A stretch of DNA of 64,000 bases, from positions 1,054,001 through 1,118,000 of the forward strand of contig CM022671.1 of the NCBI GenBank assembly GCA_012295275.1, given 5' to 3'. Made by a program: the position numbers and the translations under genes. Source of the stretch: Chrysomallon squamiferum. Lineage: Eukaryota; Animalia; Mollusca. The notes under the pieces were generated by a model, which saw only the letters and a list, made by a program, of their open reading frames with translations, did no database searches and was not told where the DNA came from. Below, one piece after another: positions 47,201-60,900 of the stretch (the stretch's first letter is position 1; each line of letters opens with the position of its first letter).

Positions 47201-49291
47201 GCCAGCACAACTCAGCATTTTAAATGTTTTAAGATTCAAAACTTTGAAACAAAAGTTCAGTGATATTTAAAATATATATTCCAAACTTGTCCTAAAATAA
47301 AACTTTACCATTTCTGATTTACTTTTCATTTTACAATAAGTAAATGTACAGTGGATTTTTTTTTTTCCCAATTTTAAGAAGATGTATTAATATTATATGT
47401 TCAGTAATCAACCTTGAAAATATAATGTTTTATCATCAAATATTTCTTTTCCACAATAGGTTAATTTTTAAAATTATTATATTTTGCACTTTTTTAAATT
47501 TCCTACAATGTTAACTGTTTTCTAATAATTAAAGTAATGTTTTAATCTATTTCATAAAAAAAATATTATCAGCCTCTTAAAGAAATGACAATCATAATGA
47601 AACTTGTTAAAAATCTTAAAGTCTTTTTGTTAAACTTATTCCTAAAAGCCTCAACAATTTTCAATTTTTCTATTTCCTAAATTATGGCATTAAAGCCTGG
47701 TGACAAGTGCCCTGGGGAATGATCGTCAACAACTGCAGTGAATGCAGGCATCCACAAATCTGCTCCTGAATATTTCATGCTCTCTCAGAGGAATTCTAGG
47801 AAAAAGTTTAAAGCACCAACTCAGAAATTTCAAATGAATTATTTTAACTCTTCACTGAGCTTCAGTGCAAGTCTCATAGCATCATTAAGATTATCAATAA
47901 CATATTTTAATGTGGATCTGGTTATGTTCAACAGGACATGGAATCAACAAACACTGGAGATGGTAACACTCAAATATCCTTTTTACTTTTTTTCATTTTT
48001 TTGATGGGTTTTTTTCCTCATTTTATTGCATTGGAAATTAGTGCTTAAAGACAATTATATGGTGGATTTTCGTGTCAACATTTTAAGCAGATAAAGAGTC
48101 TGTGCTTAATAGCTGTGTTAACAGCAGCTGTTGCATTCAGGCAATGCTTACTCGTAACTGAGTAATATTTTGTCAATAATTTTTAGCAATTAAAGCCATC
48201 ATGTATGATTTTTCAGAAACTGCAATACTTAATGATACTGCTAAGGATATGAATAATCAATAAAATTTAAAAAATAATAATAATAATTACACAATTATCT
48301 AGGATGAGAAATATAAACCCAAAATTGGAAATTTTATTATAAAAGATGGTAATGCTAAAAACGCTGAAAAAATAATTTAATACATAACAAGTTTCAAGTA
48401 AATAACATTCCACATCAATATATTTATGGGTACAAATACATTTTAAAGTAGTAATGTCTGTAAGATGGTATTTCTGCATAAAAACATTATTACTGCTGTT
48501 CTAATTCCTTCATTTTCTTAAAATTAATGTAGGATTAAGTTATTTAAATGATATGTTTTTTTTATTTTATTGTTTTATTTATTGGTTTTTATTATTTTTT
48601 TGACTGACCTCAAGACCTCCATGTTGAACTGGTTTTGCAGGTTGCCCAAGAATTCTCCAATCATCTGCTTACTGAGGCCTTTCCTCATGATGAAAAACTT
48701 AGCAACACTTGGTGGTGTTCCTTCCACAAACCCATGATCAACCAAGAAATTTAGTCCCTTGTCAGGTTTTCTGAAGAAGAAAAAAAAAAGAATTCATAAT
48801 AATCTTTAAAAAAACACAAAACAAAAAAAAACCACTCAAGTTTAAATTTCTTCTAGATTCATGTAAAGATTTATTACATTCATAAAATATGTTTTAAAAA
48901 AAATCCCCACCAAATATCTCCACCCAGATATTCTGCATGCCTTAACATTTTAGAAAAGGTTCAGAACTGATTTATATAGCAGTTATTATTAAGAAGATTT
49001 TTATCTTAAGACTAACCTTATCCTTTAATTTGACACTTCTACATCAACCATAAAATTAAGTGCATACTTTGACTCTTTTTTATGTAAAGTTCATCCATAA
49101 ATCTGATATATGATGAAATAACATCTCCCTCAAACATGTAATGACATGTCTAATTAACCTTTTTTTCTGTTATTTTTGTTTTTTCATACAATGTTATTAG
49201 TGACTGAAAAACACAGTTTATTTACTTTGGGAAGTTCTTACAGGAAATGGTAAAAGCTAAACTAAACATCCCAAAAAAATAATTAAAAAAA

Positions 49292-49333
<42 letters not shown>

Positions 49334-52300
49334 AAAACAAACACAAGGCTACTAAATTATGTCCATAAGAAAAGAATATTGCATTATTCACTTTTTGTTT
49401 CTAAATCTTTCTTCTTAAAGTTTCTGTTGAAAATTATATAACATTATATCATCTGAAATATTTACTAAATCCTGAAAAACAGCTTAGCATGCATATTATT
49501 TAGAAGTCTGTTTTTCATTAGGTAGGTTTTACATAAAATCTGTAGATCCTTGTATCTGTATCCATTTAAGTGGTATCAGCTCAATCTCATTATTTTTCTT
49601 ACTGTTTATTTTATTTTTATTATTATTATTATTTTTTTTTTTTTAGGAAATGGAAGGTATTGATTTATTTTTATAAGCAGATTTTTTTAATATATTTTTT
49701 TTTATCATGATTGAAGTTTCAAAAATCAATAACCATAACAATAGTTATGAGTTTATATACTTATATTTAATGAAAAACACTGGAATAAAGTCTGCCAGTG
49801 TGGTACTAATTTTATAATTATGAAGCAGCTTGTTTCACAACATAAATGAATGCAGTAAATGGATATTATCAGCTTCTAAGTGTTATTAGTCTTGCCTTGC
49901 TTACATAGACTACTTTCTGAACCAAAGCCTTTTCATAGCACATTGCTATATCTAGCTGATAAGATCTGCAGGACGGCTAATTTGTCTTTCAGCCAACATC
50001 TTTACTAAAATTCTTATTTTATCTTGCTTTAATTCCTTCTTCCTAACAGTGTTTAGAAAAGTTAAATAAAACATAATTTTGTCTTGTTTGAATTTTGTTT
50101 CCCACTATTACTGGAATCAGTTGTTTGTTTTACGTTGTGAATAATCTACTTCATAAAATAAATAACAGATTATAGCATGACAGGCCCTAAAGGTAAAAAC
50201 TTTTTCAAACAAACAGAACTTAAATTATCTGTTATAACTTTTCTCAACACACCCAACATTTCTACTTGAGGGAACTAAATGTTATAAAATGCTGACCTGA
50301 TTGAACATTCAGTGGATAAAAATATGTTTAAAATGGCTGACTAATTTTTATCTGGCTAATAATAATAATAATAATAATAAACTCAGAACCAGACTAAATC
50401 CTTGAATATGACTTCATACTAAGCCTAAGTCAATGCTAATAACCAGCAATTTTTATATCAGTATTCTTCAAGACCAGGTACTAATATAAAATGTAATTTG
50501 TCAGTGTATTTTATTTAAAACAAGAAAGTTAAATCACTGATTTTAGAAATCTAATAAATTGTTAACATTTAGCCCCTGCTAATAACTAATTAAAAACAAG
50601 GTTTTTTTCACTGCTCATATTTTTAAATAAAAAAAACAGCTGTAAATGTTTCATTTCCTTTTTAATGAGTATACTTTAATGTTTATATGAATTTGGTAAT
50701 TACCATTCCTATAATGATGTGCTAAGCCAGGTTGTTACAAGTATTATTTGTGAACTATTAATCTTAGGGTCTTTGAAAATAACAATACAGTTTTAGATTT
50801 TATAATGGTTAAAAATAGTCTGAAGGTATTATATCAATATATAAGTACAAGTACTATATGTATATATATTGGTGTAAGATGGATGTGTATTTATAATTCA
50901 CATAACCTGTATTATGTGTTAACATGCTGGTGTGTTGCAAGTCTGTGTATTTGTGTGGGGGTATCTGTATAATTTTCTGTGCATGTGTGTACACTTCTGT
51001 TTACACATCTTACAAACAAAACTGACATGGCCACGTATAGCTGCAGTTTTTTCTAAGCCAAATCAGCTCTGAACAACATAAGGGTTGAACAAATAAACAA
51101 GTCAGTCTAAAGAGTAAAATGTCAGTGTTATCAGAACTGATAACACAACAACAAACAAGATACTTTTTAACTCTTGGCAAAGATAAGCATGATCTTTACT
51201 GACAGCTCTTACATTATGTGTTGACAAAAATAAACCCAAATCAGATATATTGAATATCTCTTGGCTTCTTCTACTGTTTACAATCTTAAAGCAGAAAGTT
51301 CATGTCACCTTCATTGATGGGTCCATACACAATGTATTTCCAAAGATTTGGTTTTTTCTGCTTTTGTTTGCAGCTGTTGTTGAAATAGATAAATTTATTT
51401 TTAAAAAAGTGTAAACGTTATACAGAAGTCCAATTCCTTCATCCAACAAACAATAAATGCTTTTTTCTTTTATCCTTTTTTAACATTGTTAAATGATACT
51501 GTCTTTTAGAACCAAAGATAAAAAGCTTTCTATAAGTTGTATGTTAGAAGTGATATGCTTGTAAAATCTACTTACTTGTTGAATAAGTTAAGTCCAATGC
51601 GGTAGAGGCGTTTGCGCTGCTTGTCGTTGACTTTAGTTGAAATCTGTTGATCAGGTGTGACACTCAGTCTAAGACGGCGCTGGTAGCCCAGGCTACTGCT
51701 GTCACTAGAAATGCTAATATTTTCTGTACTAATGTTTTCAGAACTAGGGGAACTAGAACAATGTCCATCAATACTATCGGGTTCACTTGTTTCAGATATA
51801 TTGCTCATTCGCTTTGGTTCATTTTTAATTGCCATCACAGCTGGAATACTTCCATTCATACCATTAGTTTCTTTCCTTTTCCAGATTGGTGATGTCTCTG
51901 GAGGCCGGGAAGGTGGAGGTGGTTTGGGTTTTTCTACATCTCCCGGTTTGTGTCCTCTTAATCTGACTTCTGTATTCATGCAGTTTTTCACTTTTTGATT
52001 TGCAGAATTTTGTTGTTCAATAAGTCTGGTGTCTTCAGGAGACGCTAAATCTACTTTTATTTGAACACTGCTGTTAACTGATGCACTTTCACTAGAATCT
52101 AAATTGTAGTTCCGTAAACTGTCAAATGAAGCACATGATCCTTTCGCACTATCTACAAACGCAGGTGAACCGAAGTCAGACCCCAGTGATGATGCTGACG
52201 GGCGATGATGAGTCAAGGTATTTGTTTCCTGACTGCCATCACTGTGAAAACTGTCTGCAAGAATATCGGTTTCCTTGCCTTCTAACAATGTCTCAAAGTC

Positions 52301-53072
52301 TAAACTATGAGGGTCTACAGCACTATCTAATGGTAATGGAGTTTCATTTGAATTATTCTTATTCATTTCAGGGTAAGAGTTTCGATTATTGTTAGTTTCG
52401 TCTACCAAAGCTGATCCGTTTTTATGCTTCCTGTCCTCTGGAATGTCTGAATGGTCTATGACTTCACATCGTTGAAGTCTCTTCCTGTCTCGCCTAGAAA
52501 GACGATTGTCCAGTTGTGTTCCCTGATCAAAAGACATCTGACTGTAAAGTCTCGATTCATGTCTTGATGATTCAAATTCTGCTACCATTTTTCTAACATC
52601 ACTTCCAAATTTGCTTTCATCTGTTAAATCTGAACCATCAGCTCCCATAGCAAATTTACCATCAAACCTATCAGTCCAGATTGTGTTGCTACGACCGAGC
52701 TCTGAGAGTCTTTTTGACAATCTCCTTTCTCCAACAGAATGCCGCAGTTTTTGAAAATTCTTGTTCATGCAATACCGTCGAAAAGCTCTCTGAATTGTTT
52801 TCGCTGCTTTACGAGAACGGAAAGAACCTCCATATTTTCTCTCTAACATCTCCACCTGTTTATCCTGGAGATCCTGAGACAACTCGTATCCTGCTGATTG
52901 CAGTCTCGTCCTTTTGTACACTTCATCACACGAGCTTTTGAATGAACGTTGTCGCTGGATGCGACCACAACTGACACTTCCTTGGCTCACAAGTTTTGAT
53001 GCTCTTGGAGATTCTACAGGTAAACTTCCAGCAGACTGAGACTTGCGGTCACTGCAGCTAGCACTGCCAACA
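20945..53072 (-). CDS. IQSEC: IQ motif and Sec7 domain ArfGEF (IQSEC/BRAG/schizo family), span of 12 clear coding exons; 5' exon(s) lie further right
   Basis: [21 protein letters not shown] + IQ motif [12 protein letters not shown]. Sec7: [57 protein letters not shown]: [12 protein letters not shown]...[10 protein letters not shown]. All phases consistent. Confidence 0.96.
21563..21612 (-). CDS. IQSEC: IQSEC penultimate coding exon
   Basis: ttgcag|(A)[16 protein letters not shown]|gtaggt; 50 nt; phases 1/0 fit neighbours. Confidence 0.88.
26300..26513 (-). CDS. IQSEC: IQSEC post-PH exon
   Basis: [13 protein letters not shown]...[15 protein letters not shown]|gtatgc; 214 nt. Confidence 0.9.
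26912..27033 (-). CDS. IQSEC: IQSEC PH end exon
   Basis: [40 protein letters not shown]; 122 nt. Confidence 0.94.
27935..28034 (-). CDS. IQSEC: IQSEC PH exon
   Basis: [33 protein letters not shown]; 100 nt; |gtaaga. Confidence 0.94.
28990..30012. mobile_element. Decayed MITE copy 2 (same family as 9288-10262); left end uncertain
   Basis: Shared blocks: agc.gagaaac..tctg.cactgatgact, gaaatgatggtttc...gtaatggtcacta, tttgttcataacagatta.caat.gctg.acaggactttgaaatgg.gccagtt. Confidence 0.65.
30391..30516 (-). CDS. IQSEC: IQSEC PH exon
   Basis: [42 protein letters not shown]; 126 nt. Confidence 0.95.
32009..32148 (-). CDS. IQSEC: IQSEC Sec7 end / linker exon
   Basis: [35 protein letters not shown]...IVGKKP|gtaagt; 140 nt. 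Confidence 0.95.
38958..39132 (-). CDS. IQSEC: IQSEC Sec7 exon
   Basis: [11 protein letters not shown]...[39 protein letters not shown]|gtaagt; 175 nt. Confidence 0.95.
40079..40111 (-). CDS. IQSEC: IQSEC 33-nt Sec7 exon with catalytic glutamate
   Basis: tatag|[11 protein letters not shown]|gtaggt. Confidence 0.93.
40460..40541 (-). CDS. IQSEC: IQSEC Sec7 exon
   Basis: [27 protein letters not shown]|gtaagt; 82 nt. Confidence 0.94.
41210..41276. repeat. (CA)n microsatellite
   Basis: Perfect CA run. Confidence 0.97.
48609..48770 (-). CDS. IQSEC: IQSEC Sec7 exon
   Basis: [53 protein letters not shown]; 162 nt; |gtcagt. Confidence 0.95.
51576..53072 (-). CDS. IQSEC: IQSEC large exon (IQ motif, low-complexity linker, Sec7 start)
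   Basis: gttttcag|T GTT GGC...TTC AAC AA|gtaag; 1497 nt; contains ORF 51572-52990. Confidence 0.95.
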
Positions 53073-55388
53073 CTGAAAACAGTAACAAGAAAATCAGTAA
53101 TTTGTATGAAACATTCAAAAATTAAACATCAATACTGAAACAATAAAAAAAAATGTACGTAATTTTTATTTTACAAATGAAACAAATTCTGAAATAAAAA
53201 GAATTGAAATCTGTGAAACAATTCAGAAAATAATAAAATCATCAATTGTTTACATAATTAATGTAAATAACATGAAAATAACAAGTGTAATAAATAAATA
53301 AGCATAATGGGCACTTAAAAAAGAAAGAGAAAAAAGATTTCTTAATAATATTTCAAAGTGACAGTTTCAAACTTTAAGAAGATACAGAATGCTTTTGACA
53401 AGAACATTTTGAAATCTGAAATAAAACTAGCTAAAATCCAACAGAACAGTGTCTCACAAACAACTTTCAGGTAAATAAGCAGCAAACAAACTGCTTGATA
53501 TTCCAACAGTCAAGGAGTTCATTTTTGCTTACAATGTAGATATTACGAAGTTGTCTAGTGATATATACAAGCTAGGAACACAAAAAAAAAAATAATAAAA
53601 AATAAAAAAATAGAAAATTGGCACACCAGATCTTTACTACAAATATTTTCCTTCCAGACTCATAAAGACAGACAGCATCATCTTTCAACACATGGTTTGG
53701 CGATGCAAAAATAAAAAAAAGTGCCCTTATTTTAAATTATGGTATGCTTTAAGCCCTAGCAAAATCTACAGTTTAGACTGGTGCGAGATTGTTTTTGCCA
53801 ATCAACAGAGCCTGGAAGTTGAGAAGCACCAACCAGACTCAGTTTTAATTGTTCAGGGAGGGACCAGTCAGTGACACCAAACCTGATTGGGGACAGGCAC
53901 TCAGCAAGCTGAATGATTTAAACTCGCATCACATTACTGTTGATTTTTTTTAAAGGGTAGCTCTGGAATGATGGATTATAAAAAAGACAAGGTCAGGTTA
54001 CAGCTCTCAAAACAAGAATAATCTCGCCACGTGCCTTTACATGAAAACAGAAACAGCAGGTCCTGTCCTGGATTACATTTGTCACTCAACACAGACAACA
54101 ATCCAACAAAAGTAGCTTCTTTTTAAAGGATGGCAATAAAAAAAAAAAAGAGCTAATAATTATTGCTGGTAATTAGTTTTATGATTTTCTTTTTTCTTTT
54201 ACTTTCACATTATTGTCAAATATTTAAAAAAAAAAAAAAAACAACAACAATCCTATCAGCAAATTATTAAAAAAAAAAAAAATCTATGCTTTTATTTATT
54301 TGTCAGATTTTTAACTGTTTTTATATGTATGCACTTTCATCAGTTTTAATTAATATGAAGGGAGAAATGTACTGCAATTAAAATGCATTCATACTGTATT
54401 TAAAAAAAAAACATCTGTTTTAAATTAACAGCATAAACATCAAATAAAAATAAATTAATGTCCTAACCATACATCTTTTTATTTTTAAAACAAAGTTTGC
54501 CATCTGTTAGAAAACTAATCTGACTGGAACCTTTTAAAAGAACACTACAGACTTGAACTCACTTAACAGAAGAGTGAAAAAAAAAAAAAAAGTCTAGAGT
54601 CTGACTCACATCTTTCTGTGTAAAAAGGTATAAGCTACAGAAAACGTCTGTAGACTGAACACAAGTATAAAGAGACATGTACTTTGTCTTAATTCTGCTG
54701 TTTAGTAAATGACTGAAAAGAAAATGAATACAAGGCAAAGTTGTATACGTTTCTCACTGAATGTTTCTCTGAACAAAACAAGTTTAAATGGATAAAATGT
54801 GTGTGCATTTTAATTCTGCTGACAAAATGAAGAAGAGGGTAAACTGCAAAGCTGATAACCTTATCACAAAGTGTATGAACAGTTTTCAAAATGAAGATTA
54901 AATTTCTTTCAAATTATTTGAAATAAAATTGTCTTTGCTTGTGTAAGTTAGTTCAGATGTTATTTAAATAATAATTTAAATAAATAAATAAAAAAAATAA
55001 TAATAACAAAAAAATAGAACCTCCCAAAAGCAATGAACTTGGAATTTTTGCCATTAATTTGTGAATGTGTGCCTGTGAGTACATTTGTATACATCTGTGT
55101 AAAAAAAGTTCTTAAATCTGTAAATAATAAGGATGACTGAATTGGTTTGACAGAGTGAACTGAAATCATGTTTTAACAATAGTTATGTAGCAAGTCTAGC
55201 TATTAACCCATGTAGTGTGGGCATACTTAGTGATGTGATCACCTGGGGTGTCTTAATCACATCTGTCTTTATGACTTACTATTCTCAACATTATTAGAAC
55301 ACAGATATAACAACACAGCAGGAAAGTGAAATGTTATTTAATCTTGAAGGTCTTTTTACTGAAAAAAAGATGTTCTAGGCCACATTAT

Positions 55389-55425
<37 letters not shown>

Positions 55426-58391
55426 AATGAAGAAAAAACTCAGCTGAATTCAATATTGTTTATTTCATGTTTTGTAAATTCAGAATTCAAAAGAAGTGGT
55501 AAAAAATGAAAGGACTAATATTAGATCTGCTGCTTAATAACAGAGATTATTTTAAAGTAGTTATGAAGTTTTTTTTTTTTTTTTTCTTTGAAAAAAAAAA
55601 GATTATGATTTGCTTGAAGATTTTTTTTTTTTTTTTAAATTAACTGTCTCTTAATGAAAAACTGTTTCAAGTGCTCAGATTGAAATAAATAGTTAATTTA
55701 TAACATTTAAAAAAAATAATAATAAAAATTAGAATATTCCACAGATCTTTTTGATATCAGCCAGTTTTATCAACCATGGCACTTGTCCATGGCTAATTAG
55801 CTGAGAATATTCATCAGTATGATCACAAATTACACAACAGCAGGCAGCATTACCGAAGAATGCCAGATGGAAACATTGTCCCACACAGGCAACAGCCCAA
55901 ACCAAAGTGACATAATTCCATCAAGCATTCAATGATTCAGAACAGATATTAAATTAGCTTCCTGCACTTCAAGGCAAACTGAATTAAGTTAAGAAGCTCT
56001 AAAACAAATTGTAAAGAAAACAATCACAGAAAATTATCCTTGGTTCTCTGGAGAACATGGACACTATGACAGCTCACTATCCAACAGAGGAGCTTCCACA
56101 ACTGTAGGAATTAATCTTTCATCACAGCCTATTTCACATACAAAACAATGATAAATTAAAAAACCTAACAGAATCAAATATCAGTTTCCCCACTATTTAT
56201 TCATATTTATTCTCATTTCAAGGATTTATTTTATTTTATTCTTAAACAAAACACAATAAAAATTATTTTAAATTAGAACTCTGGCTATTTGATTCTTGCA
56301 TATAGTCATCTATTCCTGCTTCAGGTTATATAATCTGTTATAAAATATTTCCAGTGACATTTATACATGATTAATCAGTGATAGTGAATGAATGAATGAA
56401 CACTATTATTTTAATATTAATTGTATTATGTAGAAGAGATCACCTTTCAGTGTTCATGTGCAAGAAAGCCAGCTGTTCTTTTATGCACTATTCTTTTAGA
56501 CTGGCAACTACAGATAATTTACATGTTCATTAGTACTAAATTAGTAAAGGAGCATTGGTTGGAACAGGAAATAACTTAGATGGATAATTAATCCTATTTT
56601 AAATGAAGTAACACTGCAAAGATACATAGGTACATTAGTGAATATCCTGTATTAATAACCATGTATTCAGGTATAAACAAGTCACCATTCTACACCCTAT
56701 TTTGATGTAAACACGTGTAATATGTACACAGATTTAATTTAGATAATACAAATTGGTTTCTGAGTAACTGATCTTTATTATTAAATGAAAAGAAAATGAA
56801 AAACTGAAAAGAAACTTTGAATGTGACATTTCTGGGTAAATATTTTAACTATTAAAAATAAATACTGTTAATTTAAAAAGAGAGAATTTGTTACCTTTTT
56901 AAATCTATACTGTCCTGTTATCTGACCTAGTATCACACCTAACATTTATTTTGACAGTGTCAAAACAACTTTTCAAAGGAAGCTTATGGCAGTTTTATTC
57001 CCATTAATTTGATTTATCACTAATATTGCATTATGAAAGAGAAATTACAAAAGTGTCATAAAAAACAAAAATGATAAAAACAAATATTAACTTTTTAATA
57101 ACATATAATAATAATTTCAGTTAAGCATGCATACACACACGTGGCTCGTTTTGAACATAAATTACATTCTAACAAAAAATTAAATAAAAATAATAAGTTT
57201 GAATGTTAGTAACTACATACAAAAGCTATTTCAGAAAAAAACATAATTTTAAACATCACAAGACACTACAGTGCAGTGGCTGACAAAGATCCCATCAGAT
57301 TGAATATGGGATTTTGACAAGCAGTAATGAAAATAATATTGATTATGGTGATGTGGTTAGCACTTAGATACTGATGGAATAATGATGACTGTTGTGACAC
57401 TGAAGATTGAATTTGTACTGTGCTATTTATCTCAACTGTAACTAGTAATTCACTCATTGTGGTATAAGTACATATACATATACAAAATGTGTTACTTACA
57501 TAAACAATGGCAATATTCAAAATTTCCTTATTTAAAGAAGGCAGAGAGGAATGGTAGTTTATAATATGAAGATCAAAAAGGATTATTTTAGTCTTTAGAA
57601 GATTAAAGAAAAAAAAATGTATTTTTTTAAAATCTAGTATGGAAATCAGTTGTAAAAGGAAATGAAAAATTTTAAGCATAAAGAAATAAAACAAAAAACC
57701 AATAATAACTTCTGAAACAAATTTCTGAGAGAAAAACATTAATTAATATTTACATTAATAATAGATTGACAACTGAATGAATGGGTTGTTTAATGACCTG
57801 TAAAAATATTTTAATATTAAGATGTTATTTGTAACAAAAGTAGTCATAACATGAGCTATGAGAATTTGTTATAATTATTACTAATATATTTTTTAAAAAT
57901 TTTAAACTATCAGATGCAGAAATTCATTATTTTATGTTTCCACAGGCTTTTAAAGTCTTAGTCATGGAGCAATAGTAGAAACAGAATATTAATAACATTA
58001 ATTTGAAACATATCTGCTTTCTGCACATTCGAACAAAATCTGAATTTCCAAAATATCATGTTACATTATTATATGAAAATAAAACTGTCAAACAGGGCAT
58101 TTATGTAAAATTATACATTTATGTTGCAGGATGGGCTGTCTGTAAATGAATATTTAATATCTAGTCAAAGTATTGTAAAAACACAAGCTTAATGTCAGTT
58201 AAAATTATGAATAGCTTTTAAATTGATGCATTTTAAAATAATATTAATCTTATATTGCAAATGATATTTAAGAATCATTACGCAAATGATGAAGAAAACA
58301 AATAAAAACAATATCCTATTATAGCCAGTGCTTTTTTCTTCCATTTTTTTAATGAGTTTTTAAAAATCATTCAGTATGATAACTGTCTTAC

Positions 58392-58450
58392 CTGGACCAA
58401 GGAATGAAAAAAAGGTCCCAAAAATTTATAACAAAAGTTGGACACAACAT
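58392..58450 (-). CDS. IQSEC: Candidate (alternative) first coding exon of IQSEC, MLCPTFVINFWDLFFIPWS(S)
   Basis: gcaacATG (A at -3); 59 nt open frame; strong donor CAG|gtaaga; phase 2 matches the acceptor of exon 51576-53072. Confidence 0.55.
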
Positions 58451-59528
58451 GTTGCTTTCTATCACCTGTTACTTTGAAAACTGATCTAACCGAATGTCTA
58501 GAACCTACTTATTTAACTATTATAAATATCTTATCTCTGGCTTAATATCAGTAAACAAAGCTAAGCTGTTCTTTAATGTAGACCAGTTAATTAAAATAAC
58601 AATTCTGCTCCTTATCACAGCAAACAGTTAACAGTCACAGCCTGTTGAATAGACAGTAATTTATTAACAAAAAGGGTGAGCATGTGTTAATAAGACAAGC
58701 AATGTAAGGTTATGTTGTATCAAAGATTAACTAAACCTACAGATACTACTCAGTGAAAGAAAATCTTTTATAAATAAGTTTATTTTTCCACAAAAAAAAA
58801 ATTAATAAAAAAAATCACATTTTAATCGTTATGTAAATAAATAAAAGACAATTATGAAAACCATCTCACCTTTGAAATTCTGCATTGAAAGAAACTCCCA
58901 TGCACATATACACACACACATATATATATATATGTTATATATAGTTTATTTATTTATAGGTATCAATCTATTAATAAGAAAAATGAGCAGACCACCCCTC
59001 ACCTGACAATTTTCCACCCAAAATGAACACAACACTTGGGTTAAACAAAGAATCAACACATTCATGTTATTCATTTATCTAAACATAGCAGCTTTGATCA
59101 TACATAAAAAGACTGGCAATGAACTGTTTCATGTTTACAAAATATACACTTGGATAGCAGTGGTACACTCATATTTATTATTAAACATTGCAAATATTAC
59201 CTTAGGCCATCACTGAGGTAACTATAATAACAGAAAACACCCAAACTAAATCAGTTTGCTGTTTTGAAATTCAGACTACCTCAGTACATTCATTTAAATC
59301 TGAACAGAATGAAATTTTTTAATTATTATATTTGTATACAGACAGACTCACACATTTTAGGTATATATACATACACACACACACACAAACATATAAGCAA
59401 TATAAATGATTTGATTACATTATTTTAAATAATTGTTCTCATTACATTACATTCTATCAAGATTTTGCATTTACATTCTGTACACTATCACTGAAATAAT
59501 GTTGATAATGGCAAAAACCACTTTCAGA

Positions 59529-59616
59529 ACACACACCCACCCCCCACACACCCAGACAGACACCCATCCCCCACACACCCAGACAGACAGACAGACAGAC
59601 ACACACACACACACAC
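59529..59616. repeat. Compound CA/CAGA low-complexity tandem repeat
   Basis: cacccacccccccacacacccagacaga repeated, followed by (CAGA)n and (CA)n. Confidence 0.85.
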
Positions 59617-60658
59617 TCATACACGTCATACACGTATATAATAAATATAAGAAAATAGAGAAAAAACAACAACAAAAAAACATCTTAAAACCAATTTAAG
59701 CAATTACAAACCTCTCTGAGTTGGCCATAACATTTGTATCACTAACACAGGAAACTGCTAAATAGCTTCTGTACATCAATCTCACCTTGTTTATACTTCA
59801 AAATATAACCGATTAATGTCACACAATAAAAACTATTCTTTTGCTTATGATATTATTTTATATTAAACTTTTGCACAAAATTCAGTAATATGTTATAGTG
59901 ACTGGAATACAAATTGTTTTCGTATAAATATTTCAAAGGAAAAATAAACTAGTTTTGTCTTCAGTTCAAGCAGTTACCAACAGATTATTTCAGTTGTTGT
60001 ACCTTAACAAGAGCTTGTATAATTTGAAAACAATATGTAAATGGTGGCAACAGATGGTGATGTTTTTAAATTCTTATGGAAAGATTATTGATTATGTAAA
60101 TATTAATTTGTACCATAATGCTTTACTGTAAAATGTGCTTTTAAGACTTGAACAAAACTTAAGAAAAAAACAAAAACTGAACTAAAATTACAAAAAAAAA
60201 AAAAAAAAAATAATAATAATAATCCAACAAACCAATACAAATTGAAAAAAAAAAAAAAATAAATAAATAAAATAAAATAAACAATTATAAAAATGTTTCT
60301 TAGTAGTTAAAACCATGTACAAAATTAAAACAAGTATCAAATAACTTCACTGGCATGTATTCAAAACATGAATAATGATCTCTGGAAAAACATGTTGCAG
60401 GTATTCCATAAGCTGTCAACATGTTTAAGATTATTCTTTTACAACAAGTATTAACAACAACACAGAGAAGCACAGCATGGCAGCAACAACACTTAACCTA
60501 AGATCACAGCCAAAAAACAATGAACATTTATGAGGCAATCACTTTCACATTATTTCATTTTGTATTTTTACCTGCTTTTCCTAGATCAGGCCAAACACAC
60601 AGGCATCTGTACAAATTCCACACTGTGATCGTGAAGGTAAGGACAAAATGCTTCCATC

Positions 60659-60900
60659 CATGTTAGTATGCATGTAAACTTTTGACCAGTGACCACTCTG
60701 TGTCACCTGACTAGTCAGAAAGACTGGCCATTGAATAGCAAAATGATAAACACATAAAACAAACAATAGAATACTTTCAAAACGGACAAGGTAGTTGTTC
60801 ACCAGTAACATACCATGATACTTTAGTATCATGTTAGTATGCATGTAAACTATTGTTATTGATCATTCCATATAATCTGACCAGTCAGTACTGACAATGT
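60659..60900. repeat. Local duplication (period 171 bp) with an exact 22-mer catgttagtatgcatgtaaact
   Basis: Exact copies at 60659-60680 and 60830-60851, each followed by ctgac.agtcag. Confidence 0.75.

Noticed and set aside
51647-52941. Four plus-strand ORFs overlapping the large IQSEC exon
   Set aside because: Antisense shadows of the real coding exon.
57266-57739. 157-aa minus-strand ORF as an upstream IQSEC exon
   Set aside because: F/I/L-rich low-complexity translation of AT-rich DNA, with no matching splice sites or homology.
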